Origin: an uncultured Nitrososphaerota archaeon
GTDB taxonomy: Archaea > Thermoproteota > Nitrososphaeria > Conexivisphaerales > DTJL01
Assembly: GCA_963842885.1 (NCBI GenBank)
Contig: CAWJIE010000005.1
Coordinates: forward strand, 448,001-512,000
Length of the DNA stretch: 64,000 bases
Reading direction: 5' to 3'
Shown here: one piece after another, positions 1 to 8,044 of the stretch
Layout of the letters: every line of letters begins with the position of its first letter
How positions within the stretch are numbered: position 1 is the first letter of the stretch
Made by a program: the position numbers and the translations under genes
Notes under the pieces: model-generated
The model's input: only the letters and a program-made list of their open reading frames with translations
The model's database searches: none
What the model was told of the DNA's origin: nothing

Positions 1-1
1 C

Positions 2-851
2 ATGGTCACGCCCTACGCCGACGAATCGGCCTTGGCGTCGACGTCCTGGGTAGAAGAGCACCTCCGCGACGTCGATGTTAGGGTCGTGGAGGTCGACTAC
101 GACCCTGTGTCCAACTACTTCCTTGGCCACGTGCCTGGCGCCGTGCTGTTGGACTGGCGCAGGAATTTCAACGATCCTCTGTTGAGAGATGTGGTAGGGA
201 GGGCCGGTTTCGAGAAGGTTATGGGTGACGCGGGCGTGAACAACGAGAGGACTCTAGTCCTCTACGGCGACTTCAACAACTGGTTCGCCGCCTTCGCGTT
301 CTGGGTCTGCAGCTACTACGGCCTCAAAAACGTTAAGCTGCATGAACGGGGGCAGGAAGAAGTGGCTCATGGAGGACAGGCCCTTGACGAAGGAAGTCCC
401 CAGCTTCATTCCCGAGCCCTTCCATGCGGCTTCCCCAGACGAATCCTGCAGGGTCTACATGCCACAGGTCCGGGAATCGCTCCATGTCGTGGGGAAGGTG
501 CTGGTCGACGTAAGAAGTACAAGGGAGTTCTCGGGCGAAGTGCTGGCCCCGCCCGAATACCCGACCGAACTCGCTCAGAGGGGAGGTCACATCCCAGGCG
601 CTGTCAACGTCCCCTGGAACTCCGTAATCAAGGACGATGGGACGTTCAAGTCCGTGGAGGAGCTGAAGGCGCTCCTTGAACCGAACGGTGTGACTCCGGA
701 TAAGGACGTCATCACGTATTGCAGGATCGGTGAAAGGTCATCGCATCTGTGGTTTGTCCTCAAGCACCTCCTCGGGTTCTCCAACGTCAGGAATTACGAC
801 GGCTCCTGGGCGGAATGGGGAAACGTAGTCAAGAATCCGATCGAAAGATGA
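2..851 (+). CDS. Thiosulfate sulfurtransferase (two-domain rhodanese), split by a frameshift near 340
   Basis: ORF 2..679 gives the N-domain (GHVPGAV, LVLYGD). ORF 342..851 gives the C-domain with GHIPGA, active-site YCRIGERS and NYDGSWAEW. Confidence 0.9.
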
Positions 852-950
852 CCGTCCCGAGGATGATGGTGCGGAGGCACGGCTGCGGAGCCTCGACGGG
901 GCCTCTGCTGGCAGCTGAAGACCAGCTCATGCGGACGGTCCGATTCCGAG

Positions 951-1151
951 TCAGAACCACTTTATGTAGCTCACGTCACGGGCCGCAATGATGGCGGATA
1001 TCGCGGTCATAACGAATAGCACGAGCAGGGAGACGATTATGCCGGGGTTCAGAGAAATGACTACGATCGCCGTCACGAAGTTCAGGGAAAAGAACATCAT
1101 CAGGAAGTACTTGACGAACCGGAGGGCTCTTCTCTTGTTCAATGGTTCCAC
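951..1151 (-). CDS. Small membrane protein (2 TM), unknown function
   Basis: 66 aa, two hydrophobic stretches after a basic N-terminus. Confidence 0.55.
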   Translation of the reverse strand: MEPLNKRRALRFVKYFLMMFFSLNFVTAIVVISLNPGIIVSLLVLFVMTAISAIIAARDVSYIKWF

Positions 1152-1365
1152 ACGCAGCCTGTCGATGGCATCGCATGCCCTTCAAAGCTTTTAGACCTTT
1201 TCGCTCCGGTCCTCACGACGGCCGTGGGTTTGGCGAGGCGGTGCCCTCCAAGACGCGCCTCGACAGCCAGCTCTCCTCCATTTGTGCCATATCTCCCGGA
1301 GGGTCGTTATAACGACCCATGGATAGACCCCTGAGGTCCGATCCGCCCTCGAGCATCTTTCACGC

Positions 1366-1566
1366 ATGATGAGGGGGCTCTCTCCCTACCTCGGCGAATG
1401 GATGGCCATAGTGGACTTCAAGATCGTTTGACATGGCGAGAACCAGGAGGTGGTAATGAACGAAGCGAGGGCGGCCCATCCCGGGGTCGTGTCGCTCCTG
1501 ATGAGGTTTCCCACCGTGACGATCATCCTCTCCAGGGATCCGATGAGCCCATTCAGGAGGACATAA
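1366..1566 (+). pseudogene. DUF5678-like small protein interrupted by an in-frame TGA
   Basis: Manual translation MMRGLSPYLGEWMAIVDFKIV*HGENQEVVMNEARAAHPGVVSLLMRFP resembles the Y-x-G-E-W-V-A-I-V-x-G-K-I-V-A-H-G family pattern. TGA at 1429-1431. Confidence 0.5.
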
Positions 1567-1602
1567 GGACACCACCGGCGGGCATCGGCCTCTTCTGAGG
1601 AG

Positions 1603-1854
1603 CTATATGGGCTGGCGTTTATCGGTTGGCAGACCCTTAACGGCCCTCCAGTAGCAGTGCTTGTTTTTTCCCGTGCGGCCGTCCTTCCTGTGCCTGAACT
1701 CCCAGTAGAAATACGGGCCGCCTTCAGGGTTCTTCCCGGTACGTACAGTCAGATAGGGCCTCCACGACGCTCGCCCGCACTTCGGACACTTCACTAGGTC
1801 CCCCTTCTCCTCGAGTTCCATTCTGAAACCGTCCTTCTCCAACACCTGCAACAA
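1603..1854 (-). CDS. Small zinc-finger protein (CPKC...RH...CY), paralog of 16357..16587
   Basis: CPKCGR-x-W-x-P, RTGKNPE, RH-x2-D-x-RTGKNKHCY shared with the 16.4-kb ORF. Start may be the ATG at 1821. Confidence 0.75.
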   Translation of the reverse strand: MLQVLEKDGFRMELEEKGDLVKCPKCGRASWRPYLTVRTGKNPEGGPYFYWEFRHRKDGRTGKNKHCYWRAVKGLPTDKRQPI

Positions 1855-2126
1855 CCGGCTCCACGCTCAACACCTTGCTTCTGTGCCCTAGCCCTTAGTG
1901 TTGCTGCACTAATCGGGTTGACAAGCGAGCCTAACAGGATTAACTGGAAACGGCTTGCATGCCAACGAGCGCGCTCAACACCCAAGGAGGGGGCGGGGGG
2001 ATGCCCAAGCAGGGCATCCACCACGTCGCGGTTGCAGCATCGCGCGCAACACTAGTGCAGCTTCCTTCCACCGAGGAAAGGGATTTTAACCGAAGGAGGG
2101 GACTCCATGACGATTTGCCAGCCAAC

Positions 2127-3374
2127 GTGGTCAGGATCCCTTTCGATGAGGCTGTCACAAGGCTGACTTCTGTTCTGAGGGTGCGGAAGCCCAAGGACAT
2201 CCCCGTGATTGATGCCCTCGGATGTTCCCTCTCCAGCAACATTGTCGCCGACTGGCACCTCCCCAGGTTCGATGTCAGTCACATGGACGGTTACGCGGTC
2301 AGGTCCGCGGATCTTGCAGGCGCTTCTAAGGAGTCTCCTGTCGTGCTCAGAGTCGAGGGGATGTCGCGCCCCGACGGCATGGGGCCATCTGCGCTTGAAG
2401 CCAAAACATGCGTGCGTGTGTTAACCGGAGGCCGCATTCCCTTTGGGTCCGACGCTGTGGTCGCCCAGGAGGCCGTCCAGAGAAACGGGGACAGGGTGTG
2501 TTTCAGTGAAAGGGTCGAGCCGAGGTCGTACATCCACGGCGCTGGCTCGGACGTCCGGGAAGGCACGCTGCTCTTTCGCCGAGGCCATGTTCTCAATGCC
2601 CGTGACGTCAGCTTCCTTCTGGCCTTCGGGCTGGCCTCCATTTCAGTTGGGCCCAGGTTCAGGGTCGGCGTGTTCGCCTCTGGCAGCGAGCTCATAGAAG
2701 GTGTCACCGGGCCCGTCGAGGGGAAGGTCGTCGAGACCAACAGGATGGTCCTGACCGAGGTTATCCATGCGTGCGGGTTCCTCGTCGAAGACCTAGGCTT
2801 ATCGAAGGACGACACCGAGGAGATAGCTTCGCATCTAAGGAAGGGACTTGGTCGCTGCGATGTCATCCTGACCACTGGCGGATCCTCAGTAAGCGAAGCT
2901 GATCTTGTTCCGGATGCGCTGAGGCTGCTGGGTGGGGTTGAAGTCTTCCATGGTCTTCTTCTAAGACCTTCTCGGACCCTCGGGGCATTCCTCCTTGGAG
3001 ACGTGCCGGTGTTCTTGCTTTCTGGCCTGATTCAGGGAGCTGTGAGCGCGTTTTTCAACATGGTTTACCCCGCCCTCAGGTATATGGATGGCCAGGGTTG
3101 GGAGCTCCTTCCTGGTGTCAAGGCTGTCCTCTCCAAGGGCCTGGACAAGCGCGAGGGAGACAAGTTCAGGCTTGTGACGTGGGTGCGCCTAACCGCAGAA
3201 CAGGGAAGGCTGATGGCCGAGCCCGTCATGTCGGCGAGCACGTCACGCTTTGTGCTCACCAAGATGAACGGCTTCCTGGTCGGGGACCCGGGGCAGTCGT
3301 TCAAGGAGGGAGACTTGGTCGATGTAAAGCTGCCCCGTGGGTTCGGGTTGGAGGACGCGCTGGGCGGCCGCTAA
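2127..3374 (+). CDS. moeA: Molybdopterin molybdotransferase MoeA
   Basis: P-R-F-D-x-S-x-MDGYAV, TGGRIP-x-G-x-DAVV, SGSEL, TTGGSS. ORF opens at 1959; GTG 2127, downstream of a TTTTAA box, is the more likely start. Confidence 0.9.
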   Translation: MVRIPFDEAVTRLTSVLRVRKPKDIPVIDALGCSLSSNIVADWHLPRFDVSHMDGYAVRSADLAGASKESPVVLRVEGMSRPDGMGPSALEAKTCVRVLTGGRIPFGSDAVVAQEAVQRNGDRVCFSERVEPRSYIHGAGSDVREGTLLFRRGHVLNARDVSFLLAFGLASISVGPRFRVGVFASGSELIEGVTGPVEGKVVETNRMVLTEVIHACGFLVEDLGLSKDDTEEIASHLRKGLGRCDVILTTGGSSVSEADLVPDALRLLGGVEVFHGLLLRPSRTLGAFLLGDVPVFLLSGLIQGAVSAFFNMVYPALRYMDGQGWELLPGVKAVLSKGLDKREGDKFRLVTWVRLTAEQGRLMAEPVMSASTSRFVLTKMNGFLVGDPGQSFKEGDLVDVKLPRGFGLEDALGGR

Positions 3375-3565
3375 CGTCGCAGTCATCTTCAGAACCATAT
3401 CCAAGGACCCATTCGGGCCGCATAAGAGCATGATGTCTCGGGCAAATGACCTCTTCACAGGGTCGTCATCTGGGCATCAGCCAGCTGGAGGCCAGCCCGC
3501 ATGCATGATGGGCGTTCAGAAACGCTTTTATCGGGTGTCTAGGGCATAGACGCAAGAAACTATCA

Positions 3566-4168
3566 ATGCCATATTGTGTGAAGTGTGGAAGACAGATTGG
3601 TGACGAGGTGGTTTACTGTCCAAGCTGCGGGACGCCTGTGGCCGGGAAGGCCGCTCCTTTCGGCGCAGCTGCAGGGCAGCCGTTCGGGTCGAAGCCTGTC
3701 AGCGGCATCGACGCCCTTACCAAAGACCAAGCGGTCCAGGGCTATTGGGTGAGGAGGCTAATCGCATTCCTAATCGACGCGGTGGTGGTCAGCATCGCGT
3801 TCGGGATTCTCGCCGCCATCCTAGTGGTCCCTTCGGTCATAACTGGCCTAATGTCTGGCAATGTCTTCAACATTGGCGCTGTCTTCGGAGCGAGCGCATA
3901 CTCCTTCCTCAACAGCGTCATCCTCGTTCTCTACTTCAGCTTGGCCGAGAGTATCTACGGGACCACCCTGGGCAAGAGCGTCATGAGCCTGAAGGTGACG
4001 ACACTTGAAGGCAGGATGCCAACTCTGGAGCAGGCCCTCATCCGGAACGCCAGCAAGATCAACTGGATTCTCCTCCTCCTCGACGTCATCTTCGGGCTGG
4101 CCACACAGACTGAATACAGGCAGAAGTTAGGCGACAAATACGCAAGGACGATCGTCGTGAGCCGCTAG
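3566..4168 (+). CDS. Zinc-ribbon plus RDD-family membrane protein
   Basis: N-terminal CVKCG...CPSCG; RRLIAFLID, GTTLGK and RQKLGD RDD motifs. Confidence 0.85.
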   Translation: MPYCVKCGRQIGDEVVYCPSCGTPVAGKAAPFGAAAGQPFGSKPVSGIDALTKDQAVQGYWVRRLIAFLIDAVVVSIAFGILAAILVVPSVITGLMSGNVFNIGAVFGASAYSFLNSVILVLYFSLAESIYGTTLGKSVMSLKVTTLEGRMPTLEQALIRNASKINWILLLLDVIFGLATQTEYRQKLGDKYARTIVVSR

Positions 4169-4212
4169 GTCAGCTCAGTGAAACTGGGCAGCGCCGGGGG
4201 CGTCTCGTGCCC

Positions 4213-4659
4213 TCACCTTGGGTCATAGCATTCATATGGCTTCCCACCGTTGATGTGCTCGACCGCCTTCTCAACGATGGCGTCGGACACCTCGATCCAC
4301 TTGTGGTTCCAGTCCAGATCTGATACGGACATCACGGGTCTGCCCATTTCGTTGAGGGCGATGAACCAGAGTGGCCTGCCGAAGAAGGGCTTCACTATCC
4401 TGACCTCCCACTTATGGCACTTTAGGCGCGCGCCGTTCTCTTCAAAGAAACGGCAGGAGCGGCAGTACCTGGACAGCCATATGATGTCCCTCTGAGGTCT
4501 GTGGACCTTCGTCACCTCTTCGAGGATCCTTTCGTTCTCCTTCTTCGCGAGGTCCAACAGGCGTTGCTTGCCTTCATCGGTCTTCAGGTAGTAGTCGAGG
4601 TTCTTGGTTACCTCTTCGACCCATTCTGGCTTCTCTGGGGGCTCTTCAGAGGTTTCCAA
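4213..4659 (-). CDS. Hypothetical protein with possible metal-binding CxxC...C
   Basis: 148 aa ORF with genome-typical codon usage; CRSC...KCHKW. Confidence 0.65.
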   Translation of the reverse strand: METSEEPPEKPEWVEEVTKNLDYYLKTDEGKQRLLDLAKKENERILEEVTKVHRPQRDIIWLSRYCRSCRFFEENGARLKCHKWEVRIVKPFFGRPLWFIALNEMGRPVMSVSDLDWNHKWIEVSDAIVEKAVEHINGGKPYECYDPR

Positions 4660-4808
4660 GTCCGATCGACTTCAACGGTCGCCACATAATTAAACGTATC
4701 ACGCTCTCATTTTCTTCTTTGGCCGACGCGGAACGAGGCGGAACCTCGCCCGCCTTGCAGGGTCTTCATTTAAACAGTTATTAAGGAAAACACGAAAGAT
4801 TACGCAAC

Positions 4809-5879
4809 GTGGAGAAGGGAGACCCTAAGCTCCCCACGAGGGTTCTCAGAGTCGACCCCTTGAACCCCGAGGTTGGGCCCATCCGCATAGCGGCTGAGTA
4901 TATACGCCGAGGCGAAATCGTCGCCTTCCCCACCGAGACGGTCTACGGTCTTGGCGCTGACGCCACCAGCGACTCCGCCGTGCGTAAGGTCTTTGAGGCG
5001 AAGGGGCGCCCGGGAGACAATCCGGTCATCGTGCACATAGCTTCGATGGAGCAGCTGAGGACGGTAGCCAGGGTGGTCGACAAGAGGGCTTATGCCCTGG
5101 CCGACGTTTACTGGCCGGGTCCGCTCACTATGATATTCTCGAAGTCCGATCAGGTGTCATGCGAGGCCACCGGGCATCGGGACACCGTGGCCGTTAGGAT
5201 GCCCGCCCATCCAGTCGCGCTCTCTCTCATCATGATGTCCAGGCGGCCGATCGCGGCACCGAGCGCCAACCTCTCGGGACGACCGAGTCCCACCTTGGCC
5301 GAGCACGTGCTTGGCGATCTCGGGGGGAAGATACCTCTAATCTTGGACGGCGGTGAAACGGCCTTCGGCGTCGAGTCCACCGTACTGAACCTGGCCTCCG
5401 ACCCACCTACGGTCCTCAGGCCGGGTCCTATCACATTGGACGAGCTGGCCGGTGTCATCGGAGAGGTGAAGGTCGTCACGGTGAAGCCAGAGGACGGCGA
5501 AGTCATCCCCGAGGCGCCGGGGATGAAGTATCCGCATTATGCACCCAAGGCGCCCTTGGTGCTCGTGCTGGGGACGCCTAACGGAATGGTGGACAGGATA
5601 TCCGCCCTGGGGCGCGAAGAGCAGGCGAAGGGGCTGAAGGTGGGAGTGCTGGCGACCGAGGAGACGAAGAGGATGTATCCCAAGGATTGGACGGTGATCT
5701 CGGTGGGGACGAGGTTTAACCCCTACTCCATCGCCCACAACCTGTACGTGACGCTCCGTGAGTTCGATCACTCCAAGGTGGACAAGATATACGCTGAAGG
5801 CTTTGAGGAGAAGGGAATCCTGCTTACGGTGATGAACCGGCTTCGCAAGGCTGCCGTGCAGGTCATCGACAGCAAGTGA
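4809..5879 (+). CDS. sua5: L-threonylcarbamoyladenylate synthase (Sua5/TsaC)
   Basis: AFPTETVYGLGA, KGRP-x-DNP, APSANLSGRPSPT and PGMKY-x-HYAP motifs. Confidence 0.95.
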   Translation: MEKGDPKLPTRVLRVDPLNPEVGPIRIAAEYIRRGEIVAFPTETVYGLGADATSDSAVRKVFEAKGRPGDNPVIVHIASMEQLRTVARVVDKRAYALADVYWPGPLTMIFSKSDQVSCEATGHRDTVAVRMPAHPVALSLIMMSRRPIAAPSANLSGRPSPTLAEHVLGDLGGKIPLILDGGETAFGVESTVLNLASDPPTVLRPGPITLDELAGVIGEVKVVTVKPEDGEVIPEAPGMKYPHYAPKAPLVLVLGTPNGMVDRISALGREEQAKGLKVGVLATEETKRMYPKDWTVISVGTRFNPYSIAHNLYVTLREFDHSKVDKIYAEGFEEKGILLTVMNRLRKAAVQVIDSK

Positions 5880-6095
5880 GTTACTCATTTCCTGAGTTCC
5901 GCCTTCGTCGCCGAAAAGTCAGAAAACAGTTTAGCGGATCGACGCGTCGAGCACGTTGATTGCCTTGCCGCCGGCTGCCCTGATTGTTTTCGGGCAGTTT
6001 TTGGAGGCGGGTCTGGTCAATGCGGTGATTTTGGCCTACCTCCGTTTATCTAGCAGGGGAGGCTACGTGGGGGTCCTCTACTGGAGGGTTCGGGC

Positions 6096-6368
6096 CTGAA
6101 CGAACTGGACAACGCTCTCCTACTGCTCCTGGCCAAGTCCGACAATCCCGAGGGCTTCGAAACTTGCGGGTACAACGCTCTTCTGTACCTGGCCGGTAGG
6201 GCCGTCAAGGTGGGCGTCAGGATCATTCGCGGCACTCTCGAGGGGCTGGTGAACCTTGAACTGACGCCTCTTGCGAGAAAGGAGAACCTCTTCGCCATCG
6301 TCTGCAGGTATCGTGATGCTAGGTCCGAGATAAAGCCCACCAGGGAGTCCTATAGCACGCAGCCTTGA
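6096..6368 (+). CDS. Possible winged-helix protein without ATG start (CTG start or remnant)
   Basis: Stop-free frame 6054-6368 reading LNELDNALLLLLAKSD...VRIIRGTLEGLVNLEL with genome-like codons. Not in the ORF track. Confidence 0.35.
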   Translation: MNELDNALLLLLAKSDNPEGFETCGYNALLYLAGRAVKVGVRIIRGTLEGLVNLELTPLARKENLFAIVCRYRDARSEIKPTRESYSTQP

Positions 6369-6464
6369 CTGGGCATCATCAATGCGGGCACGGACGAAGG
6401 AAACGAAGACCAGAGACCGGCCTCTCGGCATCGTTGCAACCTTGTAAACGTAAATAAGACCGAC

Positions 6465-6968
6465 TTGCCGCAGTTTTATAGCTTGGCGCGGACGAAGCTG
6501 CGTTTCACTTTGAACGGGAACAAGGTCGCCATCTCCGCCCCCCCAGCGAAGACGCTTCTGAGACTCTTGCGTGAGGACTTCGGCCTCACTGGCGCCAAGC
6601 CTGGCTGTGAGGCGGGCGAATGCGGCGCATGCACGGTCCTCTTGGACGGCCTCCCTGTGACGTCGTGCATGGTGCTCGCTTCCCAGGTGGAGGGACGGGT
6701 TGTGACCACGGTCGAAGGGCTGGAGAGGTCGGGCGAGCTCGACGCGATCAGGCGGTCGTTCGCGTCCGAAGGGGCGGTTCAGTGCGGCTATTGCATACCC
6801 GGCTTCGTCGTGACTTCATATGCCGTTATCAAGTCGAACGAGCTCGGTGGCTTTGCTTCGCTCAGAAAGGAGCTGGAAGGGAACATCTGCCGCTGCGGAG
6901 GGTATCCGAAGATCATGTCGGCCGTCCGGAAGGCGGCCAACGCCTCTGAAGAGAGGAGGAAATCTTGA
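6465..6968 (+). CDS. Xanthine dehydrogenase family 2Fe-2S subunit
   Basis: GC-x2-GECGAC-x11-C and QCGYC...CRC motifs. Confidence 0.92.
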   Translation: MPQFYSLARTKLRFTLNGNKVAISAPPAKTLLRLLREDFGLTGAKPGCEAGECGACTVLLDGLPVTSCMVLASQVEGRVVTTVEGLERSGELDAIRRSFASEGAVQCGYCIPGFVVTSYAVIKSNELGGFASLRKELEGNICRCGGYPKIMSAVRKAANASEERRKS

Positions 6969-7836
6969 GATACTCGCAAATAGGGGTCAGCTCCCCACGG
7001 AGCCTCGGCCAAGCGCTCGAGCTCCTTGCCTAGACGTGGCGAAGAATTGCGGGTCATATCGGGGGGCACGGACGTCACCGTCTACCTGAAGGATGGCATC
7101 CTCAAGGAATCTTGCCTTCTGAATTTGAGCAGGCTGAAGGAGTTGGATTACATTCGCGACGAGGGCGGATTCTGTCGCGATAGGCGCGCGTGTCACGTTC
7201 TCCGGGTTGGTGCGGAGCCGAATCGTCCGGCGCTGGGCGCCTCTTCTGTCAGAGGCCGCCGTCGAAGTGGGCTCCCTCCAGATACGAAACCTCGCGACGC
7301 TGGCGGGGAATATTTGCAACGCCTCTCCTGCGGCGGATTCTCTGCCGCCTCTGTACGTCCAAGGCGCGACCGTCGTCCTGACTAGCGCCGAAGGGAAGCG
7401 GGAGCTAACGATGGAGGAGTTCGTGTTGGGTCCCAGGAGGACGGCGCGGAGGCCTGGGGAGCTACTTACAGAGGTCAGGGTCCCCAAGATGGCGTCTGAC
7501 TCTCGCTACTTCTTCAAGAAGCTGGGATTGAGGAGTTCTCAGGCTATTTCGGTGGTTAGCGTTGCGGCCTCTTGGAAAAGGAGGAATGCGAAGATTGCGC
7601 TCGGTGCTGTCGCTCCAACTGTCGTGCGTGCGAGGCAAGCTGAAGCGTTTGTATCTAGATATGGTTTGAGTTTGAAGAGCATTGACGAAGTGTGCTTCCT
7701 AGTGTCGAAGGCCGCCTCCCCCATAGACGACCTCAGAGGGTCAAAGGGTTACAGGCTGGAGGCAATCAGGGCGCTTTCGTTTGAGGGCTTCTATGAACAG
7801 CTCGCAGGAGCGGGGATTGATGCGTGTAAAGCTTGA
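6965..7836 (+). CDS. Xanthine dehydrogenase family FAD-binding subunit, two frameshifts (about 7031 and 7178)
   Basis: Pieces P-x-SL-x2-ALELL / ISGGTD / QIRNLATLAGNICNASPAAD / PIDDLRGS lie in three frames. Confidence 0.88.
7692..7703 (+). repeat. GTGCTTCCTAGT polar motif, copy 1 (inside CDS)
   Basis: Exact 12-mer. 7690-7707 is identical over 18 bp to the reverse complement of 31128-31145. Confidence 0.9.
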
Positions 7837-8044
7837 ACTGGGGGGTCCCCTCCGCGAGGAGAAGGGCCAGTGGCATTCGCTCAGGCTGTCAGTCGGTTCG
7901 ACTGTCAGCGATGCCCTTCGCAAGGTCGGAGTGACCGAGGAGCTCTACATCGTCGTGATGAGGAACGCGAAGAGGGTGGAGCTTTCCGAAGTCCTCGCCG
8001 AGGGGGACGTCTTAGTGGCTTTTCCACCGGTCGGAGGGGGTTGA
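7820..8044 (+). CDS. MoaD/ThiS-family ubiquitin-like sulfur carrier
   Basis: 74 aa beta-grasp pattern ending EGDVLVAFPPVGGG. Confidence 0.88.
   Translation: MRVKLELGGPLREEKGQWHSLRLSVGSTVSDALRKVGVTEELYIVVMRNAKRVELSEVLAEGDVLVAFPPVGGG

Noticed and set aside
1429-1431. Selenocysteine recoding of the TGA
   Set aside because: The position does not align with Cys, no SECIS-like hairpin was recognised and there are no sel genes in the window.
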